DNA of 64,000 nt from Thermoplasmata archaeon (GTDB lineage Archaea; Thermoplasmatota; Thermoplasmata; Lutacidiplasmatales; UBA184), in the NCBI GenBank assembly GCA_027314915.1, contig DAHUZZ010000003.1:64815-128814 (forward strand), in the 5' to 3' direction. The translations under genes and the position numbers were made by a program. Shown here one piece after another: positions 43,551-51,342 of the stretch. A model generated the notes under the pieces. That model worked only from the letters and a program-made list of their open reading frames with translations, did not search any database and was not told the DNA's origin. The first letter of the stretch is position 1. Each line of letters begins with the position of its first letter.

Positions 43551-44370
43551 ACGGGCCCTCGCCGGCGGAACGTCGGCCGCGGGACGGGCGGGCGCCCCGT
43601 GGGAGGATCCTGCGCGGACCGCGGCGCGGAGACCAGAGGAGCCGCGTCCGCTCGCGGCCCCGCGCGGGGGGACCGGGCGCCGACCCTCCTCCCGCGAGGA
43701 GGTAGTGCCTCCGGTGGAACGGCTCGAGCGAGAGCGGATCGTCCAACTCGAACTGCTCGGCGAGGGCCCGACGGGCCGCCTCCACGTGCTCCTCGGGCGT
43801 ACGCTCCCGCCCCATGCTCGCGGTCTTGAGCGCGAGCAGGACCCGGCCGCCCCGCTCGAGGAGCTCGGCGGCATTCGCGAGCACGATCGCCACCTGGTCC
43901 GACTGCGCCACGTCGGCGTAGATGCCGGCGACCGGGGGGACCAGGTGGGCGTACTCGAGCGGACGCCGGGCGTCCGCGAGGATCGGGTAGAGGTTCGGAT
44001 ACTGTTCGGCGACCTCGAGGAGCCGCGCGAACGGACGGAGGCTCTTCTCGACGGCGAAGACCGCGCCCGCCGGCCCCACGAGGTCGGCCACGAACGACGC
44101 CGTCGTGCCGCTCGCGGCCCCGAGGTAGAGCCAGCGTTCCCCGACCCCCGGGAGGGACCCCGAGTACCCCTTGGCGAGCGCGGCCCCCAGCTTGGACCGG
44201 GCCGGCTCGAGGGCCCGGAGCGGGCCGTCCGCGCGCGCCAGCACCCGGACGCCGGCCACCGCGTCCGCCGCCCCGGCGCTCCGGGTGAAAAAGGCGAACC
44301 GCGTTCCGACCGGCTGCCTCAGAAGGCGCGGGTTCCGGTCATCGGCCGGCAGCTCCGCGGGGCGCCTCAT
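43540..44370 (-). CDS. flpA: Fibrillarin-like rRNA/tRNA 2'-O-methyltransferase with about 50-aa Arg-rich C-terminal extension
   Basis: 276 aa. SKLGAAL, WLYLGAASGTTASFVADLVG, YPILADARRP, IYADVAQ. ATGA overlap with the Nop5 stop. The tail is PARGRERTRLLWSPRRGPRRILPRGARPSRGRRS. Confidence 0.9.
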   Translation of the reverse strand: MRRPAELPADDRNPRLLRQPVGTRFAFFTRSAGAADAVAGVRVLARADGPLRALEPARSKLGAALAKGYSGSLPGVGERWLYLGAASGTTASFVADLVGPAGAVFAVEKSLRPFARLLEVAEQYPNLYPILADARRPLEYAHLVPPVAGIYADVAQSDQVAIVLANAAELLERGGRVLLALKTASMGRERTPEEHVEAARRALAEQFELDDPLSLEPFHRRHYLLAGGGSAPGPPARGRERTRLLWSPRRGPRRILPRGARPSRGRRSAGEGPFRS

Positions 44371-45272
44371 CCGCGACCCCGGGCGAGCTCGCGGATCCGC
44401 CGGTCCCGGCGCTGGAGAAGCCGCTCGCTCCGGTCCACCGGCCGGACCTCATCGAGCCGCGCCGCGAGGGCCGCGAGCGCGGCGAGCGAGCGCGCGTAGG
44501 CTCCCTGCCGGGCCGCGGGCACGCGGTCCATCCCGTCCGCCCGGAAGATGAGACCGTACCGGGGGGTCCGTCCGGGCCCGGGACGGCGACGGCTCCCCAG
44601 GAGCTGGAGCTTGGAGGAGTTCAGGCGGGCGAGCGCGGCGCGCCCCCCGGCCTGGGCGATGAGGCGGGCGGCGACCTTGGCGCCGACCAGGTGGGCGAGG
44701 TTCGGGGCGACCTCCCGGGCCTGGCGGGCGAGCTCCTCCTCGAGCCGGGCGTGGTGCCGGGAGAGCTCCGTGCGGAACCCCTCCCACGACGCGCGGTACT
44801 CCTCGAGGGCTCCGTGCGCCGGGGCGAGGAAGTGCTCGGCCGCGCTCTCCTCCTTCCTCCGGGCGCGCTCGAGCCGTTCCTCCTCCCGGGCGAGGGAGAC
44901 CAGGATCTCGACCGGGTCCTCGAGGAGCTCCTCGAGCCGGCGCCGCGCGAGCGCGAGGTAGAACTCCCGGTCGGCGGGGGTGAGCGCCGGCCAGCCCCGC
45001 TCGCGGGCCGCCCGCCGTCGGGCCGTCTCGGCGAGGTCGAGCCGGCCGAGCTCCGGGCCGCGCAGGCCGGGGTCGGCGGCGGCGACCGGGTCCCGGGGCC
45101 GGGATCGGGCGACCCGTTCCGCGAGGGCGGCGGGGAGCCGGAGCTCGGGCGCGGCGGTCGCCCGGGCGGCCTCCTCGGGATCCGGGCCCAGGAGCAGGTC
45201 GGGGCCGAGGGGGCCCTCCGTTCCGACCCACCTCAGGTGCCGTCCCGCCCGCAGCAGGACCGCGCCGGCCAC
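44367..45272 (-). CDS. nop5: C/D-box sRNP core protein Nop5 (Nop56/58 homologue), short and divergent
   Basis: 301 aa. Nop-domain blocks APNLAHLVGAKVAARLIAQAGG...LARLNSSKLQLLGS...RYGLIF...RQGAYARSLAALAALAARLD. Conserved pairing with fibrillarin. Confidence 0.8.
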   Translation of the reverse strand: MAGAVLLRAGRHLRWVGTEGPLGPDLLLGPDPEEAARATAAPELRLPAALAERVARSRPRDPVAAADPGLRGPELGRLDLAETARRRAARERGWPALTPADREFYLALARRRLEELLEDPVEILVSLAREEERLERARRKEESAAEHFLAPAHGALEEYRASWEGFRTELSRHHARLEEELARQAREVAPNLAHLVGAKVAARLIAQAGGRAALARLNSSKLQLLGSRRRPGPGRTPRYGLIFRADGMDRVPAARQGAYARSLAALAALAARLDEVRPVDRSERLLQRRDRRIRELARGRG

Positions 45273-45276
45273 GGCG

Positions 45277-46683
45277 CTAGAACTCCTCGAGGGACTTCTG
45301 GAACCGCTGCCGCTCGACAGGGACCTCGACCGGGTAGCGCGCCGTGAGGCAGCCGAGGCAGAGCCGCTCCGCCTTCATGGAGAGCGCGTCGACGAGCCCC
45401 GCGATCGACAGGTAGTGCACCGAGTCGGCCCCCACCACCTTCGCGACCTCCTCTTCCGTGCGCCCGGCGGCGACGAGCTCCCGGCGCTCCTTCATGTCGA
45501 CCCCGAAGTAGCAGGGGGCGACGATGGGCGGGCAGCCGATGCGCACGTCGACCTGGACCGCCCCGGCGGCCCGCACCATCGCGACGATCTCGCGCAGCGT
45601 GGTGCCCCGGACGATCGAGTCGTCGATGAGCACCACCCGCTTGCCCTGGATGATGCCGGGCACCGGGTGGAGCTTCACCCGGACCTCCTCCTCGCGCCGC
45701 TTCTGGTCCGGCAGGATGAAGGTCCGCTCGACGAAGCGGTTCTTGATGAGCCCCTCGGCGTAGGGGATCCCCGAGACCGAGGAGAAGCCGAGCGCCTGCG
45801 GCCGCGAGGAGTCCGGCACGGGGATCACGAGGTCCGCCGTCGCGGGCGCCTCCCGGGCGAGCCGCTCGCCGATCCGGGTCCGGGCGTTGTAGATGGGCTG
45901 GCCCTCGGCGACCGAGTCCGGCCGCGAGAAGTAGACCCACTCGAACATGCAGTGCGCCGTCTCGCCGTTGGTGGCGCCGGGCGAGGTCCGCACCTCGCCG
46001 TTCCGCTCCAGGGTGACGATCTCGCCGGGGGCCACGTCCCGCAGGAGCCGCCCGCCCATGAGCTCGACCGCCACCGACTCGCTCGCGACGCAGTGGCCCC
46101 CGTCGAGCTCCCCCAGGACCAGGGGCCGGATCCCGAGCGGATCGCGGAAGGCGATCACGCGGTGGCCCACGACGAGGACCACGGCGTAGCCGCCGATGAG
46201 CTCGTGCCGGGCGCGCCGGATCGCCGCCTCCAGGTCCCGCGTCCGGGCGTACTCGACGCTGATCATCTGCGCCATGGTCTCCGAGTCGGCGCTGCCCAGG
46301 AACTCGACCCCCTGCGCCTGGAGCCGCCGTCGGACCCGCTCGAAGTTGACCAGGTCGCCGTTGTGGGCGAGCGCCGCGTCCTCCTCCCGTAGCTTGAGCG
46401 CGAGCGGCTGGGCGTTCTCGATCCCGGAACCGCCCGTGGTGGAGTAGCGGACGTGGCCGATGCCGAGGGAGCCCCGGAGGCTCCCCAGCGATTCGGCGGT
46501 GAAGACCTCGTGGACGAGCCCCATCCCCTTGCGCGTGTGGAGCTTCCCGTGGGAGCTCGTCGCGATCCCCGCGGACTCCTGGCCGCGGTGCTGGAGGGCG
46601 CGGAGGCCCCGGTAGAGGTAGGGGGCTGCTCCGCGCCCCGGCAGGGAGACCCCCACGACCCCGCAGAACTCGTGGGGCGCCAT
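45277..46683 (-). CDS. purF: Amidophosphoribosyltransferase
   Basis: 468 aa. N-terminal CGVVGV (Ntn Cys), HRGQESAGIA, the PRPP-binding loop VVLIDDSIVRGTT, and C-terminal Cys ligands. Confidence 0.95.
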   Translation of the reverse strand: MAPHEFCGVVGVSLPGRGAAPYLYRGLRALQHRGQESAGIATSSHGKLHTRKGMGLVHEVFTAESLGSLRGSLGIGHVRYSTTGGSGIENAQPLALKLREEDAALAHNGDLVNFERVRRRLQAQGVEFLGSADSETMAQMISVEYARTRDLEAAIRRARHELIGGYAVVLVVGHRVIAFRDPLGIRPLVLGELDGGHCVASESVAVELMGGRLLRDVAPGEIVTLERNGEVRTSPGATNGETAHCMFEWVYFSRPDSVAEGQPIYNARTRIGERLAREAPATADLVIPVPDSSRPQALGFSSVSGIPYAEGLIKNRFVERTFILPDQKRREEEVRVKLHPVPGIIQGKRVVLIDDSIVRGTTLREIVAMVRAAGAVQVDVRIGCPPIVAPCYFGVDMKERRELVAAGRTEEEVAKVVGADSVHYLSIAGLVDALSMKAERLCLGCLTARYPVEVPVERQRFQKSLEEF

Positions 46684-46773
46684 GGGTGGGGTCCCTCGCC
46701 GTGGACTACCGGGCCGCGCACTTAAGTCGTGCGCCGCCCGGGCCCCGGCGAGGGCGATCGGAAGGGGTTCGGT

Positions 46774-47085
46774 TCAGCCGAAGAGAGCGGAGAGACCCTC
46801 GGCGGCCTCCTCTTCGGAGACCCCCTTCTCTTCCTTCTTCTCTTCGTCCTTCTTCTCCTTCGACTCCTTCTTCTCGGCGGCGGGGGCGGCCGGGGCCGCG
46901 ACCGCGACGGTCTCCGCCTTCGCGAGGACCTCCTTGAGGTCCACGCCCTCGATCGACGCGATGAGCGCCTTCACGCGGGCCGCGTCGGGCGTGAGCCCGG
47001 CGGCGGTCAGGACGCCGTTCAGTCCCGTTTCGTCGATCGGCTTGCCGGCGGCGTTGAGCAGTAGCGCACCGTACACGTACTCCAT
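46774..47085 (-). CDS. rpl12: 50S ribosomal stalk protein P1 (L12)
   Basis: 103 aa. [10 protein letters not shown]..., acidic/Lys-rich hinge, and C-terminal GLSALFG. Confidence 0.95.
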   Translation of the reverse strand: MEYVYGALLLNAAGKPIDETGLNGVLTAAGLTPDAARVKALIASIEGVDLKEVLAKAETVAVAAPAAPAAEKKESKEKKDEEKKEEKGVSEEEAAEGLSALFG

Positions 47086-47129
47086 GTTCGTTTCCTCCTC
47101 GGATTCCTTGTCCTAACGTTGGGGGACCT

Positions 47130-47996
47130 TCACTCTGCCGCCCCGGTGGCGGCGTTCACGGCCTTGGCCTGGCGGATCGCCTTCGCGAAGAGCAGCGGCA
47201 GGCTCTCCTTGGTCGGAAAGCCCGACTCGATGGCGAGGGTGAGCGCCCGGCGGTGGGCCCGGACGAGGAGCGGCTCGATCGTGAGCGGCGTGGTCCACGC
47301 GATCTCGAGGGCGAGCCCGAGTGCCCGGCGGTGCGCGCGGAGGAGCTCCTCCCGCTGCTCGTCCAGGTCGATGGCGAGGACCGCGGGCGGGTAGAAGGTG
47401 TCGCCGTCCACCAGGGCCCGGAGGTTCAGCCCCACCTCGAGCGGCTTGATGTCCATCCGGGTGAGGAGCCCCGCGACCTCGCGGGAGATCACCTGGCCGG
47501 CCTTGACGATCGTGACGTCCTTCTTGAGGACCACCTTGCCCTTCTCGATGGCCGCCGGGAAGCCCGCGTGCTGGAGCTCTCCGACGATCGGGCCGGGCTT
47601 GAAGCTCGTCGTCCCGGAGGGCACGAAGATGTCGCCGGGCGCCGTCTCGCCGCCCCGCGCCGGGGTGGGCGAGCGGGTCCGGTCCATCTGACGGGCGAGC
47701 GCGAACGGGTTCGCCTTCGCCACGAGGAGCGCGGTCTGGTCGGTGACGTGGTCGAGCAGCGGGGCAAGGGCCGGCCGCTCCCTGACCGCCGCCTGGAGGG
47801 CGTGCCGGAGCGCGCTGTTCGGAGCGACGACGATCGGGTTGCCCTGGGCGCGGAGCCCGCGCCGCATCCCCTGGATCGCGGCCGCGGGCACCCCCCGGAT
47901 CCCGATGAGGGCGGTCACGGGCGCTTCGACGATGGTACGCGTCAACTGGCGTACCCGCTCCGCCTTCTCCGGACGGACCGACGTGCGACCGGGCAT
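47130..47996 (-). CDS. rplP0: 50S ribosomal stalk protein P0 (L10)
   Basis: 288 aa. Conserved position between L1 and P1. N-terminal rRNA-binding domain pattern. Confidence 0.95.
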   Translation of the reverse strand: MPGRTSVRPEKAERVRQLTRTIVEAPVTALIGIRGVPAAAIQGMRRGLRAQGNPIVVAPNSALRHALQAAVRERPALAPLLDHVTDQTALLVAKANPFALARQMDRTRSPTPARGGETAPGDIFVPSGTTSFKPGPIVGELQHAGFPAAIEKGKVVLKKDVTIVKAGQVISREVAGLLTRMDIKPLEVGLNLRALVDGDTFYPPAVLAIDLDEQREELLRAHRRALGLALEIAWTTPLTIEPLLVRAHRRALTLAIESGFPTKESLPLLFAKAIRQAKAVNAATGAAE

Positions 47997-48009
47997 CTTC
48001 CGAATCCTC

Positions 48010-48648
48010 CTACCAGAGACGGACCGACGGGCCCATCGTGGACTTGACGTAGACGCTCTCGATGTTGCTGCGGCCCCGCTCGAGCTTGCCGACGATCCGG
48101 TTCAGCACCGCGTCGAGGTTGCCGGCGATCTGCTCCGCCGGCATCCCGCGGGTGCCGACGGGGGCGTGGAAGGTGCGGTTGCCCTTCGAGCGGATCCGCA
48201 CCGAGCGCTTCATCGCGTTGATCAGGTTGGTGGGGTCGGTGCCGGGCGGTACCGGTCGCGGCATCTTGCCGCGCGGGCCCAGCACCACGCCGAGCCGCCG
48301 GCCGATGGTCGGCATGAGCGGCGCCTCCGCGAGGAAGAAGTCGACGTCGCTCGCGAGCTTCTTCGCCGCCTTCTTGTCCTTCACGACCTCGTCGAGCTCG
48401 CTCGCCGCGATGGTCAGGTCGGCCACGCCGCGGGTCTTCTGGATCATCTCGGGCGTACCGAAGAGGGCGACCTTGACCGCGCGGCCCCGCCCGTTGGGCA
48501 GCGGGACCTCCTCCTCGATCCGGTTCTTCGGCACGGTCAGGTCGAGCTCCTTGAGGTTGACCGCGACCTCGATGCTCTCGGCGAACGAGCGCTCCGGGGC
48601 CTTTTCCAGGACCTCCTTGACGACTTCGAGCGACGTTCGATCGGCCAT
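48010..48648 (-). CDS. rpl1: 50S ribosomal protein L1
   Basis: 212 aa. FAESIEVAVNLK, LGPRGKMP, FHAPVG. Confidence 0.95.
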   Translation of the reverse strand: MADRTSLEVVKEVLEKAPERSFAESIEVAVNLKELDLTVPKNRIEEEVPLPNGRGRAVKVALFGTPEMIQKTRGVADLTIAASELDEVVKDKKAAKKLASDVDFFLAEAPLMPTIGRRLGVVLGPRGKMPRPVPPGTDPTNLINAMKRSVRIRSKGNRTFHAPVGTRGMPAEQIAGNLDAVLNRIVGKLERGRSNIESVYVKSTMGPSVRLW

Positions 48649-48685
48649 ATTACCCTCGAGGGCGCGGGCGCCGAGCAGACCACCC

Positions 48686-48697
48686 TACATAAAGCTT
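48686..48697 (-). promoter_or_regulatory. BRE/TATA-like element (AAGCTTTATGTA on minus strand) upstream of the L1-P0-P1 operon
   Basis: AT island 38-49 nt upstream of the L1 ATG (48648). Shares AAGCTTTAT with the rpl15e promoter candidate. Confidence 0.45.
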
Positions 48698-48785
48698 GGC
48701 CGGAGCTTCCGGCGAGAAACCGCCCGGAGTCCTCCCGCGCGGTCCCCCGGCGCCCGCGCGGGCGGGGCGGTCCGGTCCTCGGCGC

Positions 48786-48798
48786 ACAAGCCTATATA
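48786..48798 (+). promoter_or_regulatory. BRE/TATA-like element ACAAGCCTATATA upstream of rpl44e
   Basis: AT island 25-37 nt upstream of the ATG at 48823, suggesting a leaderless-type mRNA. Confidence 0.5.
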
Positions 48799-48822
48799 CG
48801 AAATTCGTCTCGGCCGAGGCCG

Positions 48823-49110
48823 ATGCATTATCCGAAGGTGGTCTCGACCTACTGCCCGAAGTGTCGGGTGCACACGAAGCACGACGTCGATAAGGTCAAG
48901 CGGAAGATGGCCTCCGAGCTCGCCTGGGGGCAGCGCCGCTTCCGGCGCGCGACCCGCGGGTACGGTGGTTTCCCGCGCCCGAAGCCCGAGGGCCGGGCGA
49001 AGGCGGTGCGCCGCGTCTGGCTCAAGTACCGCTGCCAGAAGTGCAAGTACACGGTGCAGCCGGCGAGCTTCCGGGCGGGCCAGCTCGAGCTCGTCGAGCA
49101 GCACAAGTGA
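48823..49110 (+). CDS. rpl44e: 50S ribosomal protein L44e
   Basis: 95 aa. MHYPKVVSTYCPKCRVHTKH...KYRCQKCKY zinc-binding pattern. Confidence 0.95.
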   Translation: MHYPKVVSTYCPKCRVHTKHDVDKVKRKMASELAWGQRRFRRATRGYGGFPRPKPEGRAKAVRRVWLKYRCQKCKYTVQPASFRAGQLELVEQHK

Positions 49111-49118
49111 GGTCACGC

Positions 49119-49301
49119 ATGGTGAAAGGTCCCTCCCCCTTCTGGGTCGTCAAGTGCCCGGACTGTTCCGGCGAGCAGACGATCTTCAGCCGCCCGGCGA
49201 CGACGGTGAACTGCACCGTCTGCGGCGCGACGCTGGCGACGCCCACGGGCGGCCAGGCGGAGCTCCGCGCGGAGAAGCTCCGCGACGCCCAGGCGGCGTA
49301 G
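49119..49301 (+). CDS. rps27e: 30S ribosomal protein S27e
   Basis: 60 aa. VKCPDCSGEQTIFSRPATTVNCTVCG zinc ribbon. Conserved position after L44e. Confidence 0.9.
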   Translation: MVKGPSPFWVVKCPDCSGEQTIFSRPATTVNCTVCGATLATPTGGQAELRAEKLRDAQAA

Positions 49302-49317
49302 GGAGGTCCTCGCAGGA

Positions 49318-50091
49318 ATGCCCCCCCGGGCCGAGTACCCGGCCGAAGGCGAGTTCGTCGTCGCCACCGTCACCTCGATCCGGAACTTCGGAGCGTTCGT
49401 CAAGCTCGACGAGTTCAACGACCGCGAGGCGTTCATCCACCTCTCCGAGGTCGCGACGGGCTGGGTCAAGTACATCCGGGACCACATCCGGGAAGGCCAG
49501 AAGATCGTCGCCCGGGTCCTGAGGGTCGACCCGGCGAAGAGCCAGGTCGACCTGTCCCTCAAGCGGATCAACGACCACCAGCGCCGGGAGAAGATCCAGA
49601 GCTGGAAGAACGAGCAACGGGCGAACCGTCTCCTCGTGCTGGTCGCCCAGCCGCTCAAGATCGACCTCGAGACCACGGAACCCGAGTTCGCGGGCACCCT
49701 GGTCGACCGCTACGGCTCCCTCTTCCACGCCTTCGAGGTCGCCTCCGCCGACCCGAAGAAGTTCCAGAAGGACCACGGGAAGGCCGCCTGGGTGACCGCG
49801 TTCCTGCGGGTGGCGCAGGAGAACCTGACCCCGCCGCACGTTTCCATCTCCGGCACCCTCGAGGTGCGCGATCCCTCCCCGGACGGGGTCGAGCACGTGC
49901 GCGCCGCCCTCCTCGAGGCGGAGAAGGCCGACCCCGAGTCGGTGACCGTGCAGTACGTGGGCGCGCCCAAGTACCGCATCCGGGTCGAGGGGACGCAGTA
50001 CAAGCAGGCGGAGGAGACGCTCCGCCACGCGACCGAGGCGGCGCTCGCGAAGATCAAGAGCGTCGGTGGGGAGGGCACGTTCACGCGCTGA
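49318..50091 (+). CDS. eif2a: Translation initiation factor 2 alpha subunit (aIF2-alpha)
   Basis: 257 aa. S1 domain GEFVVATVTSIRNFGAFVKLDEF...AFIHLSEV. Confidence 0.95.
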   Translation: MPPRAEYPAEGEFVVATVTSIRNFGAFVKLDEFNDREAFIHLSEVATGWVKYIRDHIREGQKIVARVLRVDPAKSQVDLSLKRINDHQRREKIQSWKNEQRANRLLVLVAQPLKIDLETTEPEFAGTLVDRYGSLFHAFEVASADPKKFQKDHGKAAWVTAFLRVAQENLTPPHVSISGTLEVRDPSPDGVEHVRAALLEAEKADPESVTVQYVGAPKYRIRVEGTQYKQAEETLRHATEAALAKIKSVGGEGTFTR

Positions 50092-50276
50092 TGTCGGACG
50101 TTCTCCTCCACCGGTGCCGCGTCTGCCGCCGCTTCACCCTCGCCGGGGCCTGCCCCGCCTGCGGCGGGGCGGTCGGTACCCCGCATCCCGCTCGCTTCTC
50201 CCCCCAGGACCGGTACGCACGGTATCGACGTGCGCTCCTGGCCCAATCGGGGACGCGGGAAGATGGGGGAGCGTAA
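50091..50276 (+). CDS. nop10: H/ACA RNP protein Nop10
   Basis: 61 aa. CRVCRRFTL...CPACGG zinc ribbon, then FSPQDRYARYRR. 1-nt TGATG overlap with eif2a. Confidence 0.9.
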   Translation: MSDVLLHRCRVCRRFTLAGACPACGGAVGTPHPARFSPQDRYARYRRALLAQSGTREDGGA

Positions 50277-50279
50277 GCA

Positions 50280-50804
50280 GTGTCAGCAGTCATGCATCGG
50301 ATCAAGGTCGTCAACGAAGTGAGCGAACTGGTGCCCATCCTCCGGGCGGTGGACACTCCGGTCAAGCTCAAGCTCCTGCAGCGGCTGAGCGAGAGCTGGC
50401 TGACCGCCGACGACGTCGGCCGGGAGTTCGGGAAGGAGGGCTCGAAGGCGCTCATCTTCTTCGAGAAGCTCAAGCTCGTCGACACCCGGTGGGTCGCCCG
50501 CGAGGGGCGCCGCCAGCCGGACAAGAGCTTCCACTCCTACTACTCGACGATCAACATCAACACCACCGCGCCGCTCGCCGAGATCAGCGAGATCCTCTCC
50601 ATCGCGAGCATGGAGGACAAGGAGTACGCGAAGCTCGAGCAGAAGATCTACGACTCCGTCGGGGACACCGGACGGTTCTTCAGCGACGTCGCGGAGGAGC
50701 TCGGGATGTCGGCGACCCGGCTCAAGGGGCTGGTGAAGCGCTCCGACAAGCTCGAGTACCGCGGGCATCGCATCGAACGGTTCAATGCCCCGAGCCCCTC
50801 GTAG
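50280..50804 (+). CDS. wHTH-type DNA-binding protein (hypothetical)
   Basis: 174 aa. Noticeably Lys-rich and less GC-rich than its neighbours. N-terminal wHTH-like segment and a C-terminal HTH (FFSDVAEELGMSATRLKGLVKR). Alternative ATG at 50292. Confidence 0.6.
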   Translation: MSAVMHRIKVVNEVSELVPILRAVDTPVKLKLLQRLSESWLTADDVGREFGKEGSKALIFFEKLKLVDTRWVAREGRRQPDKSFHSYYSTININTTAPLAEISEILSIASMEDKEYAKLEQKIYDSVGDTGRFFSDVAEELGMSATRLKGLVKRSDKLEYRGHRIERFNAPSPS

Positions 50805-51342
50805 CGCCCCGCGCCGGCGGATCGAGGTCCTCCGGATCGGGCACCGGCCGGGCCGGGACCCGAGGCTCTCGACGCACCTCGCGCTCGCCGCCCGCGCGCT
50901 CGGCGCCGAACGGATGTACCTGAGCCCACCGGACCCCGAGCTCTCCCAACGGGTCGCCGAGATCGTCAGGCGCTGGGGGGGGAGCTTCGAGGTGATCGGC
51001 GTCGAGGACTGGCGCGCACGGCTCGCCGCGGCCCGCGGTCACGTGGCCCACCTGACCATGTACGGAGAACCCCTCGACCGGGCGCTCCCGAGGCTCAAGC
51101 GAACGCGATCCTGGCTCGTCGTCGTCGGAGGCGCGAAGGTCCCCTCCGAGCTCTTCGCGATGGCGGACCTCAACGTCGCCGTCGGACACCAGCCGCACAG
51201 CGAGGTGGCCGCGCTCGCGATCCTCCTCGATCGGCTCCTCGGCACGCCGGGTCCGGGGCCGTGGCCCGGCGCGGAGCAGGTGATCGTCCCCCAGCCACGC
51301 GGGAAGAAGCTGGTCGCCCCGCCCCGGGCCGGCTCCCCATGA
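50785..51342 (+). CDS. trm56: tRNA (cytidine56-2'-O)-methyltransferase Trm56 (SPOUT)
   Basis: 185 aa. LRIGHRPGRDPRLSTHLALAARALGA and HQPHSEVAALAILLDRL. Confidence 0.85.
   Translation: MPRAPRSAPRRRIEVLRIGHRPGRDPRLSTHLALAARALGAERMYLSPPDPELSQRVAEIVRRWGGSFEVIGVEDWRARLAAARGHVAHLTMYGEPLDRALPRLKRTRSWLVVVGGAKVPSELFAMADLNVAVGHQPHSEVAALAILLDRLLGTPGPGPWPGAEQVIVPQPRGKKLVAPPRAGSP

Noticed and set aside
46716-46734. Inverted repeat GCGCAC-TTAAGTC-GTGCGC between the purF start and the P1 stop
   Set aside because: The 6-bp stem is short. Its loop is the CTTAAG island that I interpret as the purF TATA element. There is not enough evidence for a terminator or riboswitch.
48649-48822. Absence of rpl11 upstream of rpl1 as a possible gene loss
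   Set aside because: The L11 gene is simply not adjacent here and is likely elsewhere in the genome. This cannot be assessed from one window.
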